A stretch of 61,001 nt of DNA, filler included. It is 4 parts of 4 records of this genome, joined end to end, with 100 filler letters (N's around TTAATTAATTAA, not from the genome) between each part and the next. Parts side by side here need not be neighbours in the genome. Positions count along the whole stretch, not along the records: positions 1 to 20,044 come from SRR20825019_1526; positions 20,145 to 27,819 come from SRR20825019_1529; 2 more parts are not named here. One strand, 5' to 3'. Made by a program: the position numbers and the translations under genes. Under the pieces are notes generated by a model. That model did no database searches. It was not told the origin of the DNA and saw only the letters and a list, made by a program, of their open reading frames with translations. Below are positions 10,413-20,898 of this stretch, in pieces (positions within the stretch are counted from its first letter, which is position 1; each line of letters opens with the position of its first letter).

Positions 10413-10531
10413 CGTCCCTGCTCCTGTCTAAGCTCGAATCGGATACATTTCACCGCGTCTTGCGCACAAACACAATACGGATCGAAAATACAGAAAACGA
10501 TGTCTGATGCAGACCTTTAAAAGCCCGAAAC

Positions 10532-10876
10532 TCAGGAGGACGATTTGGAAGCGGCCTTCTCAGCTTTTTGTTTGCGCCCAATATGTGATTTCAGAATCTT
10601 CTGCTTCAGCACGTTGGAAGCCTTGAAAGTCATGACCCGCCGAGGCGATATCGGAACTTCCTCACCTGTCTTGGGATTACGCCCTATCCGCTCGTTCTTG
10701 TCACGAACCTGAAAGGTCGCAAAAGACGAAAGCTTGACGGTCTCACCACGCACGATCGCGTCGCAAACCTCGTCGATAACCATCTCGACCAGCTCAGCCG
10801 ATTCCGTCCGCGAAAGTCCTACCTTGCGAAAGACTGATTCAGCCAAATCCGCGCGCGTCACAGTTTTGCCAAGCAT
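10532..10876 (-). CDS. ihfA: Integration host factor subunit alpha
   Basis: [18 protein letters not shown] and [14 protein letters not shown] motifs; fabH-ihfA-merR synteny. Confidence 0.95.
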   Translation of the reverse strand: MLGKTVTRADLAESVFRKVGLSRTESAELVEMVIDEVCDAIVRGETVKLSSFATFQVRDKNERIGRNPKTGEEVPISPRRVMTFKASNVLKQKILKSHIGRKQKAEKAASKSSS

Positions 10877-10980
10877 AACCGGTTCCCAGTGTCTCGTTAA
10901 AATTCCCCGTAGCGTAAAGACTATTGCTGTCAGTGGGTTCGGTCAAGCGGCCAGTTGCAGACGAACCCAATTGACAGTCC

Positions 10981-11949
10981 TCACCAACGTAAAAGAACGG
11001 CACCCCATGTAAAACCACCGCCCATAGCCTCCAGCATCACCGTCTGACCACGCTTGATACGACCATCCCTGACGGCTGTTGCCAGCGCAAGCGGGATTGA
11101 TGCGGCAGAGGTATTGGCATGCTGGTCGACCGTAACGACAACCTTATCCATAGGAATGCCCAGCTTCTTTGCCGAGCCTTCAATGATTCGACGGTTGGCC
11201 TGATGCGGCACCAGCCAGTCGAGATCGGTGGCACTGATGCCAGCCTCTGCAAAGGCAGATTCGATCACATCGGTGATCATGCCGACGGCATGCTTGAAGA
11301 CCTCACGCCCTTCCATTCTCAAATGACCAATATCACCCGTCGTAGAGACGCCACCGTCAACGTAAAGTTTGTGGCAGTGACTTCCGTCGGAGCGAAGACT
11401 GGAAGCGATAATGCCGCGTCCTTCCTCTTCGCCATCTTCCGCAGCCTGCAGAATGACAGCACCGGCTCCATCGCCGAAAAGCACGCAGGTGGTGCGGTCG
11501 GTCCAGTCGAGCAATCTCGAAAAGGTTTCGGCGCCAATCACCAGAACCCGCTTTGCGCGGCCTGCACGGATATAATTATCGGCCGTGGTGAAGGCATAAA
11601 CAAAACCAGAGCAAACGGCCTGCATGTCAAAGCCAAAACCATGGCGCATACCAAGCCGATCCTGAATATTAACAGCGGTCGCCGGAAAAGTGTTATCGGG
11701 GGTTGATGTCGCCACGATGATCAGATCGATATCATCTGGCGTCAAACCGGCATTTGTCAGCGCATCACGCGCAGCGGCCTCACCAAGCGATGCCGTGGTC
11801 TCATCCTTGTCGGCGATGTAGCGCTGACAAATACCGGTTCGCTGCTGAATCCAGGCATCTGAGGTATCAACGAGCTGACGCAACTCTTCGTTCCTGACAA
11901 CCCGCCTTGGAAGCGCTGCGCCGATACCACAAACAACAGAACGGATCAT
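10981..11949 (-). CDS. fabH: 3-oxoacyl-ACP synthase III
   Basis: AVCSGF, PHQAN and NTSAASIP catalytic motifs; ends GGGFTWG. Confidence 0.96.
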   Translation of the reverse strand: MIRSVVCGIGAALPRRVVRNEELRQLVDTSDAWIQQRTGICQRYIADKDETTASLGEAAARDALTNAGLTPDDIDLIIVATSTPDNTFPATAVNIQDRLGMRHGFGFDMQAVCSGFVYAFTTADNYIRAGRAKRVLVIGAETFSRLLDWTDRTTCVLFGDGAGAVILQAAEDGEEEGRGIIASSLRSDGSHCHKLYVDGGVSTTGDIGHLRMEGREVFKHAVGMITDVIESAFAEAGISATDLDWLVPHQANRRIIEGSAKKLGIPMDKVVVTVDQHANTSAASIPLALATAVRDGRIKRGQTVMLEAMGGGFTWGAVLLRW

Positions 11950-12049
11950 TTTCTTGTTCCTATTTATCGCGCTGTGCGGGCGCTCTTAAAGGGGCTGCCC
12001 GCAGCGTTCAAGCTTTATCTTCTCCGTCCCGTTTGATGGCGGGAGATTT

Positions 12050-13105
12050 TCACATGGCCCGAGCAGCTTCCGGTCCCTGCGGTGACTGGTTTCTGGAATG
12101 ATACTCGTGGAGATCATGTTGGATTTTAGCCTGCAGACTGTTGTGCACCATATCGTATGCGACCTCAATAGCAGACGCATAGCCCTCTGCATCAGTCCCG
12201 CCATGGCTCTTGATCACAATACCATTGAGGCCGAGGAAAACGCCACCATTCACCTTGCGCGGATCCAGCTTGTCGCGCAGCATATTGAAGGCGTTTCGGG
12301 CAAAGAAATAGCCCAGCTTCGACATCCACGTACGCGACATAGCTGACCGCAGATAACCCGCGATCTGGAGGGCGGTGCCTTCAGCAGTCTTCAGTGCGAT
12401 ATTGCCGGTAAAGCCCTCGACCACGAAAACATCAACCGTTCCACGTCCAAGGTCCGACCCTTCGACAAATCCGGCATATTCCATATTGTCGATATCCGCC
12501 TCGCGCAGCATCTGCCCGGCCTTCTTGACCTCTTCAACGCCCTTGACCTCTTCAACGCCGACATTGAGAAGACCAACGCTCGGTTTCTTGACCTCGAAAA
12601 GCGCACGCGCCATTGCGCCGCCCATCAAAGCAAAATCGAGAAGCTGCTTGGCATCCGCACCAATCGTCGCCCCGATATCCAGCACGATACTCTCACCATT
12701 GATTGTCGGCCATATTCCGGCAATGGCCGGTCTGTCGATTTCCGGCATGGTTTTCAGGCAGAACATCGCCATGGCCATCAGCGCCCCGGTATTCCCCGCA
12801 GAAACGGCAACGTCGGAATCATGATCGCGAACGGCTTCAATCGCGCGCCACATGCTGGAAACATTACGACCACGCCGCAAAGCCTGGCTGGGCTTTTCAT
12901 CCATACCAACGGCAACTTCGCAGTCGAAGACCTGTGCGTTTTCCTTCAGCTTCGGATATGAAGCGAGAATTGGATCGATCTCGTCCTTCTTCCCGTAAAG
13001 CAGGTAAGAAATGTCCGGATGCCGCACGAGCGCCTTGGCAGCACCCGCGATCGCGACCCTGGCACCGACATCTCCTCCCATGACATCTACTGAAATTTTT
13101 ATCAC
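12050..13105 (-). CDS. plsX: Phosphate acyltransferase
   Basis: [29 protein letters not shown] and KSHGG motifs; likely GTG start at 13105. Confidence 0.95.
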   Translation of the reverse strand: MIKISVDVMGGDVGARVAIAGAAKALVRHPDISYLLYGKKDEIDPILASYPKLKENAQVFDCEVAVGMDEKPSQALRRGRNVSSMWRAIEAVRDHDSDVAVSAGNTGALMAMAMFCLKTMPEIDRPAIAGIWPTINGESIVLDIGATIGADAKQLLDFALMGGAMARALFEVKKPSVGLLNVGVEEVKGVEEVKKAGQMLREADIDNMEYAGFVEGSDLGRGTVDVFVVEGFTGNIALKTAEGTALQIAGYLRSAMSRTWMSKLGYFFARNAFNMLRDKLDPRKVNGGVFLGLNGIVIKSHGGTDAEGYASAIEVAYDMVHNSLQAKIQHDLHEYHSRNQSPQGPEAARAM

Positions 13106-13335
13106 GCGTTGCTGGTCCCTGTTTGCATGCTTCCGGCAAAGCCGGATAAAAATAACTGTTTTACGACGTGACACAACTGCGCCGCGTTAAAAACCTGGAA
13201 ACTGCCAAAATCTGACAGGCTCTGACTTTCTTTGGCGGATTTGCGCCGCAATCTCAAGACAGGGCGCATCTATGACGCACCCGAAACGGGCAAAAACATC
13301 ACAATCCGCAACTCGTGACCAGAGGTTTTCCTGGT

Positions 13336-13932
13336 TTACTTGCCCTCGTTCCCGCCACTTTTCAGCTCTTTTAGAACGGCAAAGGGCGATTCCTTCTGCA
13401 GCCCTTCATCTGTGTCCTCTTCATCCGGATCGCCGGTCACCTCAGGATCAAGCGCAACGCCTTCCTTACGCGGATAGGGATCGATCCCCAGCGCAATCGA
13501 TTCGGCAACAACGGCACCAAGATCAATGGATCTGCCCGAAAACGCCTCCGGTTCATCCGGCCCGTCCGGATCGACAACAAGTTCCCCGTCTTCATTCAGC
13601 ATACGGCGAAGTTGCCGCGAGTTTTCCGGTAGAAAAGTCGCGTCAATTTCTTCAATGACCTGCGTTTCCATCGGTTCGAGCGTAACAACGCAGGACTGGG
13701 TTATACCGGCTTTCGCCGTACCGCGAATACGAAGCCCTTCGCGCCGCCAGACCGAAACATGCAGTTCGGCAGAAACGGACCTTACAGAATCAACATTCCA
13801 ATGCGCCGCCAGTACCTTTCGCTCATGATCATTCGCCGATATCTCGGTATCAACCGCACCGGCTGCGACCCGGCTGACAGGAAAGGGCCGCGAAAACGGT
13901 ACGAATGCAGTGTTTTCCAGTTCTTCAGACAT
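13336..13932 (-). CDS. YceD/DUF177 family protein
   Basis: QSCVVTLEP, IDLG...E...L.IDPYPRK and SPFA.LK.LK motifs; upstream of plsX; start at ATG 13932. Confidence 0.85.
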   Translation of the reverse strand: MSEELENTAFVPFSRPFPVSRVAAGAVDTEISANDHERKVLAAHWNVDSVRSVSAELHVSVWRREGLRIRGTAKAGITQSCVVTLEPMETQVIEEIDATFLPENSRQLRRMLNEDGELVVDPDGPDEPEAFSGRSIDLGAVVAESIALGIDPYPRKEGVALDPEVTGDPDEEDTDEGLQKESPFAVLKELKSGGNEGK

Positions 13933-14479
13933 GATGGCTCTCCAACTGCTCGGGCACAAGGAAGCTGACCATGCCGGTCTCGACAACAATCTCATCCATG
14001 CGCGCCAGGTGGATATCATTTTCAAACATCCAGCGCGCCAGATCTGCCATGTCTGAATGGTCGGTCGCAAGACCGTGAATGTTCTGCGCAAGTGCTGTCG
14101 CCAGCTGATCGTGATCGTCCTGCTGCAGGCAGTCGGCGTAGCGCTCCAGTCGCCCATAAAACATTCCGGCCAGTTTTTTCATGCGCTTGGGAACCGAATT
14201 ATCCCCCACGCCAAGCTCTCGAATCGAATAATCGATGTCGAGAAAGAAAGCATCTACGATTTCCTGCGCGATTTGCTTTCCGGCCTCTGATGATTTCGAC
14301 GTTCGACGTAAAAACAGAATCATGATGGCGGAAAGCATCTCAAAGCGTCCCATCACCGTATCAGGCACGTCATAGCGTGTATAAAAGCATGGCTGACGGG
14401 CCGTCGCCGTTATCACGCCATACTGACGTTGGACAATCTGCCGGTTGGCGCGCCGTTTATTGAAAAAACCCAGGACCAT
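13925..14479 (-). CDS. Ubiquinol-cytochrome c chaperone (Cbp3-like)
   Basis: VPDTVMGRFEML and D.SIRELGVGD.SVPKRMKKLAGMFYGR motifs; usual alphaproteobacterial synteny with bamE. Confidence 0.88.
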   Translation of the reverse strand: MVLGFFNKRRANRQIVQRQYGVITATARQPCFYTRYDVPDTVMGRFEMLSAIMILFLRRTSKSSEAGKQIAQEIVDAFFLDIDYSIRELGVGDNSVPKRMKKLAGMFYGRLERYADCLQQDDHDQLATALAQNIHGLATDHSDMADLARWMFENDIHLARMDEIVVETGMVSFLVPEQLESHHV

Positions 14480-14799
14480 TACACTCTCTTAAAAAGCGGA
14501 AGCCGAAGTCCCGCGTGATTGCATCCATCACCAAGCTGGTTTATCCACTCTTTTTGAAGAACGCAAAACGGTTGAGCTTTGCATCGGTGACTGTTTCAAT
14601 CCGCAAGCGAAAGTGCATATATCGTAGTTTGCAGGTAAAACTGTCGCAACCGGGAATTTCGCGGTCGCAAATTAGTTGAGCAAGTTGGTTCCATTGCGGA
14701 TCAAGGAGCAACAGAATGTGCCGTTTTATCTCGTTCGGGAAGCCGGAAACGGTGATGCCGCAAGTGACATCGAAGTCAGACGACAGCAGGGAGTGAATC

Positions 14800-15330
14800 T
14801 TGAATACGCGCCTAAACAGTTTCAAATTAAGTCCCTTGCGCCCCGTGGCGGCTGCGGCACTGGTTTCAATCGCCATAACAGGCGCAAGCTGCTCTACAGC
14901 TGATGTTATCGGCACCAAAGATGTGATGTATCAGGGCTATGTTGTCGACGAAGACATGCTGAGGCTCGTGAAGGAAGGCTCAAGCCGTGAGCAGGTTATG
15001 CTGACGCTCGGCCAGCCGTCAACGACAGCGACTTTTGACAATGAGGTCTTCTATTATATCTCGCAGATAAAGGAGCGGCGTTTCACATATCAGAAACCGC
15101 GCCTTGTCGCCCAGGAGATCCTGGCGATCTACTTTAACGACAAGGGACGCGTTGATCGAATCGCGCGCTACACGCTGCAAGACGGTAATATCGTCGACAT
15201 GGTTTCCGAGACGACGCCAACCGGCGGCAAGGACATTACCTTCCTCCAGCAAATCCTTCAGGGAACCGGCCAGAATGCTGCCCGCAACTTCTTCAACTCA
15301 GCAGGCGGCGGTGGCAGTGCCATCCCGTAA
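14800..15330 (+). CDS. bamE: Outer membrane assembly lipoprotein BamE (SmpA/OmlA)
   Basis: Lipobox-like GASC, QGYVVD, G.SREQV.LTLGQPST, FYYISQ and F...G.V motifs. Confidence 0.87.
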   Translation: MNTRLNSFKLSPLRPVAAAALVSIAITGASCSTADVIGTKDVMYQGYVVDEDMLRLVKEGSSREQVMLTLGQPSTTATFDNEVFYYISQIKERRFTYQKPRLVAQEILAIYFNDKGRVDRIARYTLQDGNIVDMVSETTPTGGKDITFLQQILQGTGQNAARNFFNSAGGGGSAIP

Positions 15331-15355
15331 TATTCATGAATATTCTTCATTTCAC

Positions 15356-15387
15356 AAAAAACCGGGCGTCAGCGGCGCCCGGTTTTT
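15356..15387. terminator. Bidirectional intrinsic terminator
   Basis: AAAAAACCGGGCG...CGCCCGGTTTTT between convergent bamE and the TonB receptor. Confidence 0.82.
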
Positions 15388-15412
15388 CAATCTCAGATCA
15401 GATGTCCGATAA

Positions 15413-17671
15413 TCAGAATTTCTGTGTCAGCGAAATTTTGAATGTCCGGCCCGGCTCGGAATAGTAGGCTTCCGGTTGAGTGATCGACGTCACCTGATTG
15501 TCGAGAGCTTCGTAGTAGGTCTGATCGAACACGTTGAACACACCGGCCTGCAGGCTGAGACCGTTCAACTGCTCCGGCTCCCACCAGGCGGTCAGGTCAA
15601 CAATGCCGAAGCCCGGCCATTCATATGCCGCAGCACCATCCACCGTCGTATTCTCCGAAACACCGGCCGAAAGCACCCAGTTGGCATTCACGCCCCAGGT
15701 TTCATTGTTATAGCCACCGCCAAGAATAGCCTTCAAAGGCGCGACAGAGGCCAGGAAGCTATCACCATCATCCATATTCCATCCGCGTGCGAAAGCCAGT
15801 GAGCCACGCACACTGAAGTCGTTTTCAAATGTTTTCTGACCGGAAAGCTCGACGCCTGCGATCTGAACATTGGCAATATTCACGTTCTGAGAGATGAACA
15901 TATAGTCGCCGGGGTTGAGACCCAGCGAGGTAATTTCACCGTTCGTCAGATTGCGCTCGGAAATGAAATCATAATAGCGATTATAGAACGCAGAAACCCG
16001 TGCACCATTCTCGATATCACCAAAGTTCGAACCAAGCTCCACACCCCAGCTTGTTTCCGGATCGAGATCGGGATTACCAATGGAAAGGTAGCTTCCGGGG
16101 CTGCCATAGGCGAGATAGAGTTCCGGCGCCGTCGGTGCGCGGAAAGCAGTAGAGATCTGTCCGAACAGCTCAACATCATCAGTCAGATCATAGCTTGCGA
16201 GCAGCTTCGGGGAGAAATGCACGCCATCCTGTGATTTCGGCATACCGTACACCTTGTACATAGCATTGTTTTCGTATCCGGCTGTGTCCTGAGGGTTGCG
16301 CCAGTAAGCGTCCATTCTCAAGCCGGGCGTCAGCGTCAACCCTGTATCGCCGATAACCATCTCGTCCTGAATGTAGAGACCGAGATCATAGGTATCGACT
16401 TCCGGCGTATCGGCCTGATTGTTGTGATAAAACATGCACCCGTACGAGAAGGATACATCGCAGGTATCGTGACCGGCATTATACTGTGTGAAATTGGCGT
16501 AATCGAAGCTTCCGCCAACCGTTACAGTATGCTGAATATCGCCGGTATAGAAGGTGTTGCTCGCCCAGCCGGTGACGCCATAATCTTCCTGTGTGATCTT
16601 GGATTCACGCCCGTAGCTGCCGACCGGCGCGGTCAGGCGCTTGCCATCCGTACCGCTGACGCGCTGGTTCCGCTGCCAGTATACCGTTGCCCAGGCGGCA
16701 TCCACCCAGCCATCGGTCGAGAAGGCGTTATAGGTGTAATCCAGAGAAACGCGATCACGGTGCTTGTCTTCAGAACCGCGCCAGTCATTCGGGTCATAGC
16801 GCGAACCGACATTCGGATCGGCCAGAAGATCAAGGTCCTTGTCATAGTCATAGCGTTCAACCGTGAGGCCCAGCTTTGTGGCGTCATCGATCTGCTGCTG
16901 AAGCTTGAAGAGAAAATTATCTTCGTCATAGGTTGCAGGATTGGCCTCGGTCCGGTCTGCACCATAGCCGCCAACATTTCCGTTGGTCTCAGTTTCATGG
17001 CCATGCGTATAAATACCCTGGAACAGAACTGAAGTGCCCTGTTTTGACCGTGCCGCAAAGGCAGCATCGCCGGTAATGCTATCATCAGCGCTGTTGTAGA
17101 GCGCACGTACACGCCCGCCGAACGTGGCACCGTCCTCAATCAGATCGTCCGGCTCCAGCGTATTCACAAGAAACGCGCCGCCCATGGCACCACCGCCGGC
17201 GCGGCTGGAATCAGCGCCACGCACAATATCGATGGTCGCAATTGAGTTGAAGTCGAAGCTATCAACACCACCGCCCGAATCCGAACGCGCGCCCGGATCA
17301 AGATACGGGATCGGGATACCATCAATTGTCGTCAGAACGCGAGGCCCCTGAAGACCACGGATATTGATCGAGCCACCATCACCACCGGCAAAGGCGACGC
17401 CCGGTACAAGCATATTGCCGATGTCGTCGACAGACTGGATCATATCGCGATCCAGTTCCTGCTCGGTCACTTCGGTCACAAGCGGCGTGTCAGCTACCCC
17501 GCTCTTGTCGCGCGTCCCTTTGGTCGTCACGGTGACCGGCTGAAGCACGGTGGTATCGCCATTACTGGCCGTCGTGACGGCCTTGTCCTGAGCCTGAACG
17601 GCTGAAGCAAACGTGGCTGAAGCCAGAGCAGTGCACGCCAAAAAGAATGCCCGGGAAGTTCCCTTACGCAT
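15413..17671 (-). CDS. TonB-dependent haem/haemoglobin-type receptor (ShmR/HmuR-like)
   Basis: Signal peptide, TonB-box-like TTVLQPVTVT, plug NIRGLQGPRVLTTIDG, FRAP and NPDL haem-receptor motifs, terminal F. Confidence 0.85.
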   Translation of the reverse strand: MRKGTSRAFFLACTALASATFASAVQAQDKAVTTASNGDTTVLQPVTVTTKGTRDKSGVADTPLVTEVTEQELDRDMIQSVDDIGNMLVPGVAFAGGDGGSINIRGLQGPRVLTTIDGIPIPYLDPGARSDSGGGVDSFDFNSIATIDIVRGADSSRAGGGAMGGAFLVNTLEPDDLIEDGATFGGRVRALYNSADDSITGDAAFAARSKQGTSVLFQGIYTHGHETETNGNVGGYGADRTEANPATYDEDNFLFKLQQQIDDATKLGLTVERYDYDKDLDLLADPNVGSRYDPNDWRGSEDKHRDRVSLDYTYNAFSTDGWVDAAWATVYWQRNQRVSGTDGKRLTAPVGSYGRESKITQEDYGVTGWASNTFYTGDIQHTVTVGGSFDYANFTQYNAGHDTCDVSFSYGCMFYHNNQADTPEVDTYDLGLYIQDEMVIGDTGLTLTPGLRMDAYWRNPQDTAGYENNAMYKVYGMPKSQDGVHFSPKLLASYDLTDDVELFGQISTAFRAPTAPELYLAYGSPGSYLSIGNPDLDPETSWGVELGSNFGDIENGARVSAFYNRYYDFISERNLTNGEITSLGLNPGDYMFISQNVNIANVQIAGVELSGQKTFENDFSVRGSLAFARGWNMDDGDSFLASVAPLKAILGGGYNNETWGVNANWVLSAGVSENTTVDGAAAYEWPGFGIVDLTAWWEPEQLNGLSLQAGVFNVFDQTYYEALDNQVTSITQPEAYYSEPGRTFKISLTQKF

Positions 17672-17699
17672 AACTTAGTCCCTCTATATCTGGAAGAAC

Positions 17700-17744
17700 C
17701 TGGCTGGCTGCGTCCTCGGATATAAAAAGCGGACTGGCTGGCTG
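17700..17744 (-). promoter_or_regulatory. Tandem CAGCCAGCCAG direct repeats in the receptor leader (candidate HmuP-responsive elements)
   Basis: Exact 11-nt repeat at 17700-17710 and 17734-17744, between the promoter and the receptor start codon. Confidence 0.5.
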
Positions 17745-17790
17745 GGCTATATCTGAAACAGTGTCATAAACCGTTAATGTTCGGGACTCG

Positions 17791-17817
17791 ATTATAAAAC
17801 ATGAGTATTTTTGTCAA
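17791..17817 (-). promoter_or_regulatory. Receptor promoter overlapped by a RirA-type IRO box
   Basis: TGA-N9-TCA at 17802-17816. Minus strand has TTGACA (17817-17812) and TATAAT (17796-17791), but the spacer is only 15 nt. Confidence 0.6.
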
Positions 17818-17989
17818 TATATATCGCCTGATTTTCGTCATATTTGTTCAGACCTGTTTTCCCAATCGAAAGGCCACTTTTTTACAAGTGAGATAGATGT
17901 TTGCCCGTCCAGGCGATTGCGTTAGAATTGCCACAGATTCTGTGCGCTTTGTGTGCGCCTTCATGACGGTTTGAACCGGGCGTAAAGAT

Positions 17990-18565
17990 ATGAAACCTGC
18001 AAAAGCCAAGCGTTTTGTGAAAAGGACGCTCTACACTTTTGGCGTCGCCGCCATCGCATCTGGCCTTTATCTGGGTGGTCTGCAGCTCGTCGGAAATTTC
18101 CACACGGTTAAAGCAGGCGAACTTTACCGTTCAGCGCAGCCCGATGCCGGAGACCTGGCGAACTATGTTGATGAATACGGTATAAAAACTGTGATCAATC
18201 TTCGCGGTGCCAAGCCCGGAAAAAGCTGGTACGACTCCGAGATATCAAAAAGCGCAGAGCTTGGCATCAATCACATCGATTTCCATATGTCGGACAGATC
18301 AGTCCTGTCGGCCGACCGCTCCATGGAACTCATCAGCATTATGCGCGATGCACCGAAACCCATCCTGATCCATTGCCGCAGCGGCGCAGATCGCACGGGA
18401 CTGGCCTCTGTTTTCTACCTGCAGCAGATCGGCGGTGTCGGTGAAGAACGAGCCGAGTGGCAGCTTTCCCCAATTTATGGCCATATTGGTATTCCGCTCG
18501 TTGGCCCCTACGCGATGGACCAGACATGGGAAGACATGGAGACGGTATTGGGCCTGCCGAGCTGA
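17990..18565 (+). CDS. Protein-tyrosine/dual-specificity phosphatase family protein with N-terminal membrane anchor
   Basis: LYRSAQP, GIKTVINLRG and HCRSGADRTG (CX5R) motifs. Confidence 0.85.
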   Translation: MKPAKAKRFVKRTLYTFGVAAIASGLYLGGLQLVGNFHTVKAGELYRSAQPDAGDLANYVDEYGIKTVINLRGAKPGKSWYDSEISKSAELGINHIDFHMSDRSVLSADRSMELISIMRDAPKPILIHCRSGADRTGLASVFYLQQIGGVGEERAEWQLSPIYGHIGIPLVGPYAMDQTWEDMETVLGLPS

Positions 18566-18594
18566 ACATCTTCTGTCAGCGGCAAAGCACAGCC

Positions 18595-19479
18595 TTAAAC
18601 GGCAAACCTTTCACGCTCCGCACGAAAGCGTCTTGCCAGAAATGTACGGATCAGCGCGATGCGCGCCAGATTGCCGGTGTCTGGGTGCGACAACAGGTAA
18701 TAAGCGCGTTTGAACTGAATATCCGGCATAATCCGAATCAGGCCGGGGTCCGAACGCGCCGCAAAGTCATGCAGGATGCCGATGCCGACGCCTGAACGCA
18801 CCGCCTCCATCTGACCGGCGACACCGGCACAGCGAAACTGCCGCCGTGTCCATTTTGAAAGGCTGCTGGCATAGTTGAGAGAAGACGCATAGGCATAATC
18901 CTCCACCCCTGTTACGGCGACGTGGCTTTTAAGATCATCTTCAGTTTCAGGTATGCCGTGCCGAGCCAGATAATCATGCGAGGCGTAAACACTCAAAGTG
19001 TAATCTGTCAGCCGCGACACGACCAGCCTGCCCTCCTCCGGCGGATCAAGCGCAATCGCAAGGTCGGCTTCGCGTTTTGACAGCGAAAAGGTGCGTGGCA
19101 GTGGCACCAGCTCCACCACCAGATCAGGATGTTCCTGCTGCAAATACCCAAGCTCTGTCGCCAGAAAATAGGTTCCAAGACCATCCGGGGCACCAATACG
19201 CACTGTACCGGAAAGGCTGGCACCGCGCGCGCGGGTATCTTCGGTTATGCCGAGAATTTCGGTCTCCACCCGCTCCGCTGCAATGAGAATCTTTTCCCCG
19301 GCCTCGGTCAGCGTGGAGCCGGAGGGACGGCGATCGAACAGTGGTTCACCCAGCGTGTCTTCCAGCGCGGTCAGCTTGCGCGCGACGGTCGCATGGTTCA
19401 AACCGAGTGTATTGGCAGCCGCCAGTATCTGCCCGCGCCGTGCAACCGCCAGAAAAACCCTGAGATGATCCCAATCCAT
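18595..19479 (-). CDS. LysR-family transcriptional regulator
   Basis: MDWDHLRVFLAVAR...LGLNHATVAR helix-turn-helix; divergent from mmsA. Confidence 0.92.
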   Translation of the reverse strand: MDWDHLRVFLAVARRGQILAAANTLGLNHATVARKLTALEDTLGEPLFDRRPSGSTLTEAGEKILIAAERVETEILGITEDTRARGASLSGTVRIGAPDGLGTYFLATELGYLQQEHPDLVVELVPLPRTFSLSKREADLAIALDPPEEGRLVVSRLTDYTLSVYASHDYLARHGIPETEDDLKSHVAVTGVEDYAYASSLNYASSLSKWTRRQFRCAGVAGQMEAVRSGVGIGILHDFAARSDPGLIRIMPDIQFKRAYYLLSHPDTGNLARIALIRTFLARRFRAERERFAV

Positions 19480-19609
19480 ACTCCACGCCTCTAAACTTTA
19501 TTTTTTGCACAACGGATTTGCTGATTATCCTGTTTCTTTGCGGAAATTAATAGGCAAAAGTATAACCACGCCAATCAACGCCCGAAACAGGGTTATCGGA
19601 GGAAACAGC

Positions 19610-20044
19610 ATGAAAACCATTCAGCACTTTATCAATGGAGCCGCCGCCGCAGGCCAAGGAAGCCGCACAGTTCCCACTTTTAACCCGGCAACGGGCGAAC
19701 AAAGCGGCACGCTCTCGCTTGCCAGCGGCGCAGATGTTCGTTCGGCCATTTCAGCGGCAAAGGCCGCTTTTCCCGGCTGGGCAGAAACCACACCGTTGCG
19801 CCGTGCCCGCATCCTGAACAAATTCCTGACCATCATCGAAGATCGTATTGATGAAATGGCGGCCCTCATTTCCGCCGAGCATGGCAAGGTCATTTCCGAT
19901 GCCAAGGGCGAAATTCAGCGCGGCATGGAGGTGGTGGAATTCGCCACCGCCGCACCGCAGCTTCTGAAGGGCGAATACACCGAAAATGTCGGCACAGCGG
20001 TCGACAGCTGGTCGATGCGCCAGCCGCTGGGCGTGGTCGCGGGC
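19610..20044 (+). CDS. mmsA: CoA-acylating methylmalonate-semialdehyde dehydrogenase, 3'-truncated
   Basis: GGAGG RBS; FNPATGE, EHGKVISDAKGEIQRGMEVVEFA and RQPLGVVAG motifs; runs to the contig end. Confidence 0.88.
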
Positions 20045-20144
20045 NNNNNNNNNNNNNNNNNNNNNNNNNNNNNNNNNNNNNNNNNNNNTTAATTAATTAA
20101 NNNNNNNNNNNNNNNNNNNNNNNNNNNNNNNNNNNNNNNNNNNN
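20045..20144. other. Artificial contig spacer
   Basis: N44-TTAATTAATTAA-N44, which puts stops in all six frames. Confidence 0.98.
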
Positions 20145-20168
20145 GGGGGGGGGGGGGGGGGGGGGGGG
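20145..20168. repeat. Poly-G run at contig start
   Basis: 24 consecutive G at the contig edge, followed by about 500 nt of extremely GC-rich sequence. Confidence 0.9.
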
Positions 20169-20898
20169 CGACGGAAGCCGGAGGAGGAGCGCCCATGCGT
20201 CTTTGCCGGTCGCGGGGAGGGGCCCGGCCGGCTCAGTTGAACTGAAACCGGCCCGGCAAGCCGGGGGCCGGGGCACGCCAGTGAGCGGGGGCGGCGGACG
20301 GGAGCCGGCCTCCGCAGCCGGCGGGCTGACCGGCCACGCGGACGCCGGGCCGGCCGCCGCCGGCCCGCGGGCGGCCGGGGGACGCCGGCGCCACCGCCAG
20401 CAGGACGGTAAGTAAGTTGATGCCCACCCTCGGCCGAGCGCACTGCCCAGGACGACGGCCCGGCCCGGCCGCTGACCGGCCCCGGGGCGCACCGCAGTCC
20501 AGCGCAGGCGCATGGTGACGGTGCCTGCCGGCGCCTGAGGTGAACGTGGGGGCGGCGCTGCTGTGAGCAGGCGGACGGGAGTCACAGCGTTATCCGTCCA
20601 CCCATTGAAGCGGCGACCGAAATGGCAGGACGGGCCTCGAGGTCCTCGCGGCCGGCGGCCGCAGTCGCAGTAAACACACCATACCTGTTGTTCATGCGTG
20701 AGAGCGATGGTTGGGTCGGGTGCGTGGCGACCCAGGAGCTCAACCTCCAACAAGTCCCCTCGCGCGCTCCCTGCACACCAGCGTACGGTGGCTTGCTATA
20801 AGAGCAACGTAAGCATACACCAGATTTTCCTCTAAGAAGTTAGTCGAACAGAGCATGCCCGGCACACAAGGAACTGGCTAGAATAGTTCTTGGTCGTA

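Noticed and set aside
13106..13335. Missing rpmF between yceD and plsX
   Set aside because: No L32 ORF is visible, but to my knowledge its relocation is common in Rhizobiales and so unremarkable.
102..19905. Numerous antisense or alternate-frame ORFs (e.g. 1957-2748, 2897-3433, 11119-11706, 16424-17032)
   Set aside because: Shadow ORFs of well-supported genes in GC-rich DNA, with no motifs.
20089..20100. TTAATTAATTAA palindrome, repeated at 27864 and 52419
   Set aside because: It is an artificial six-frame stop linker inside N-runs, not a biological repeat.
20093..20776. Arg/Pro/Gly-rich ORFs at the start of contig 2
   Set aside because: Expected by chance in extremely GC-rich DNA; no recognisable domain; some run into Ns.
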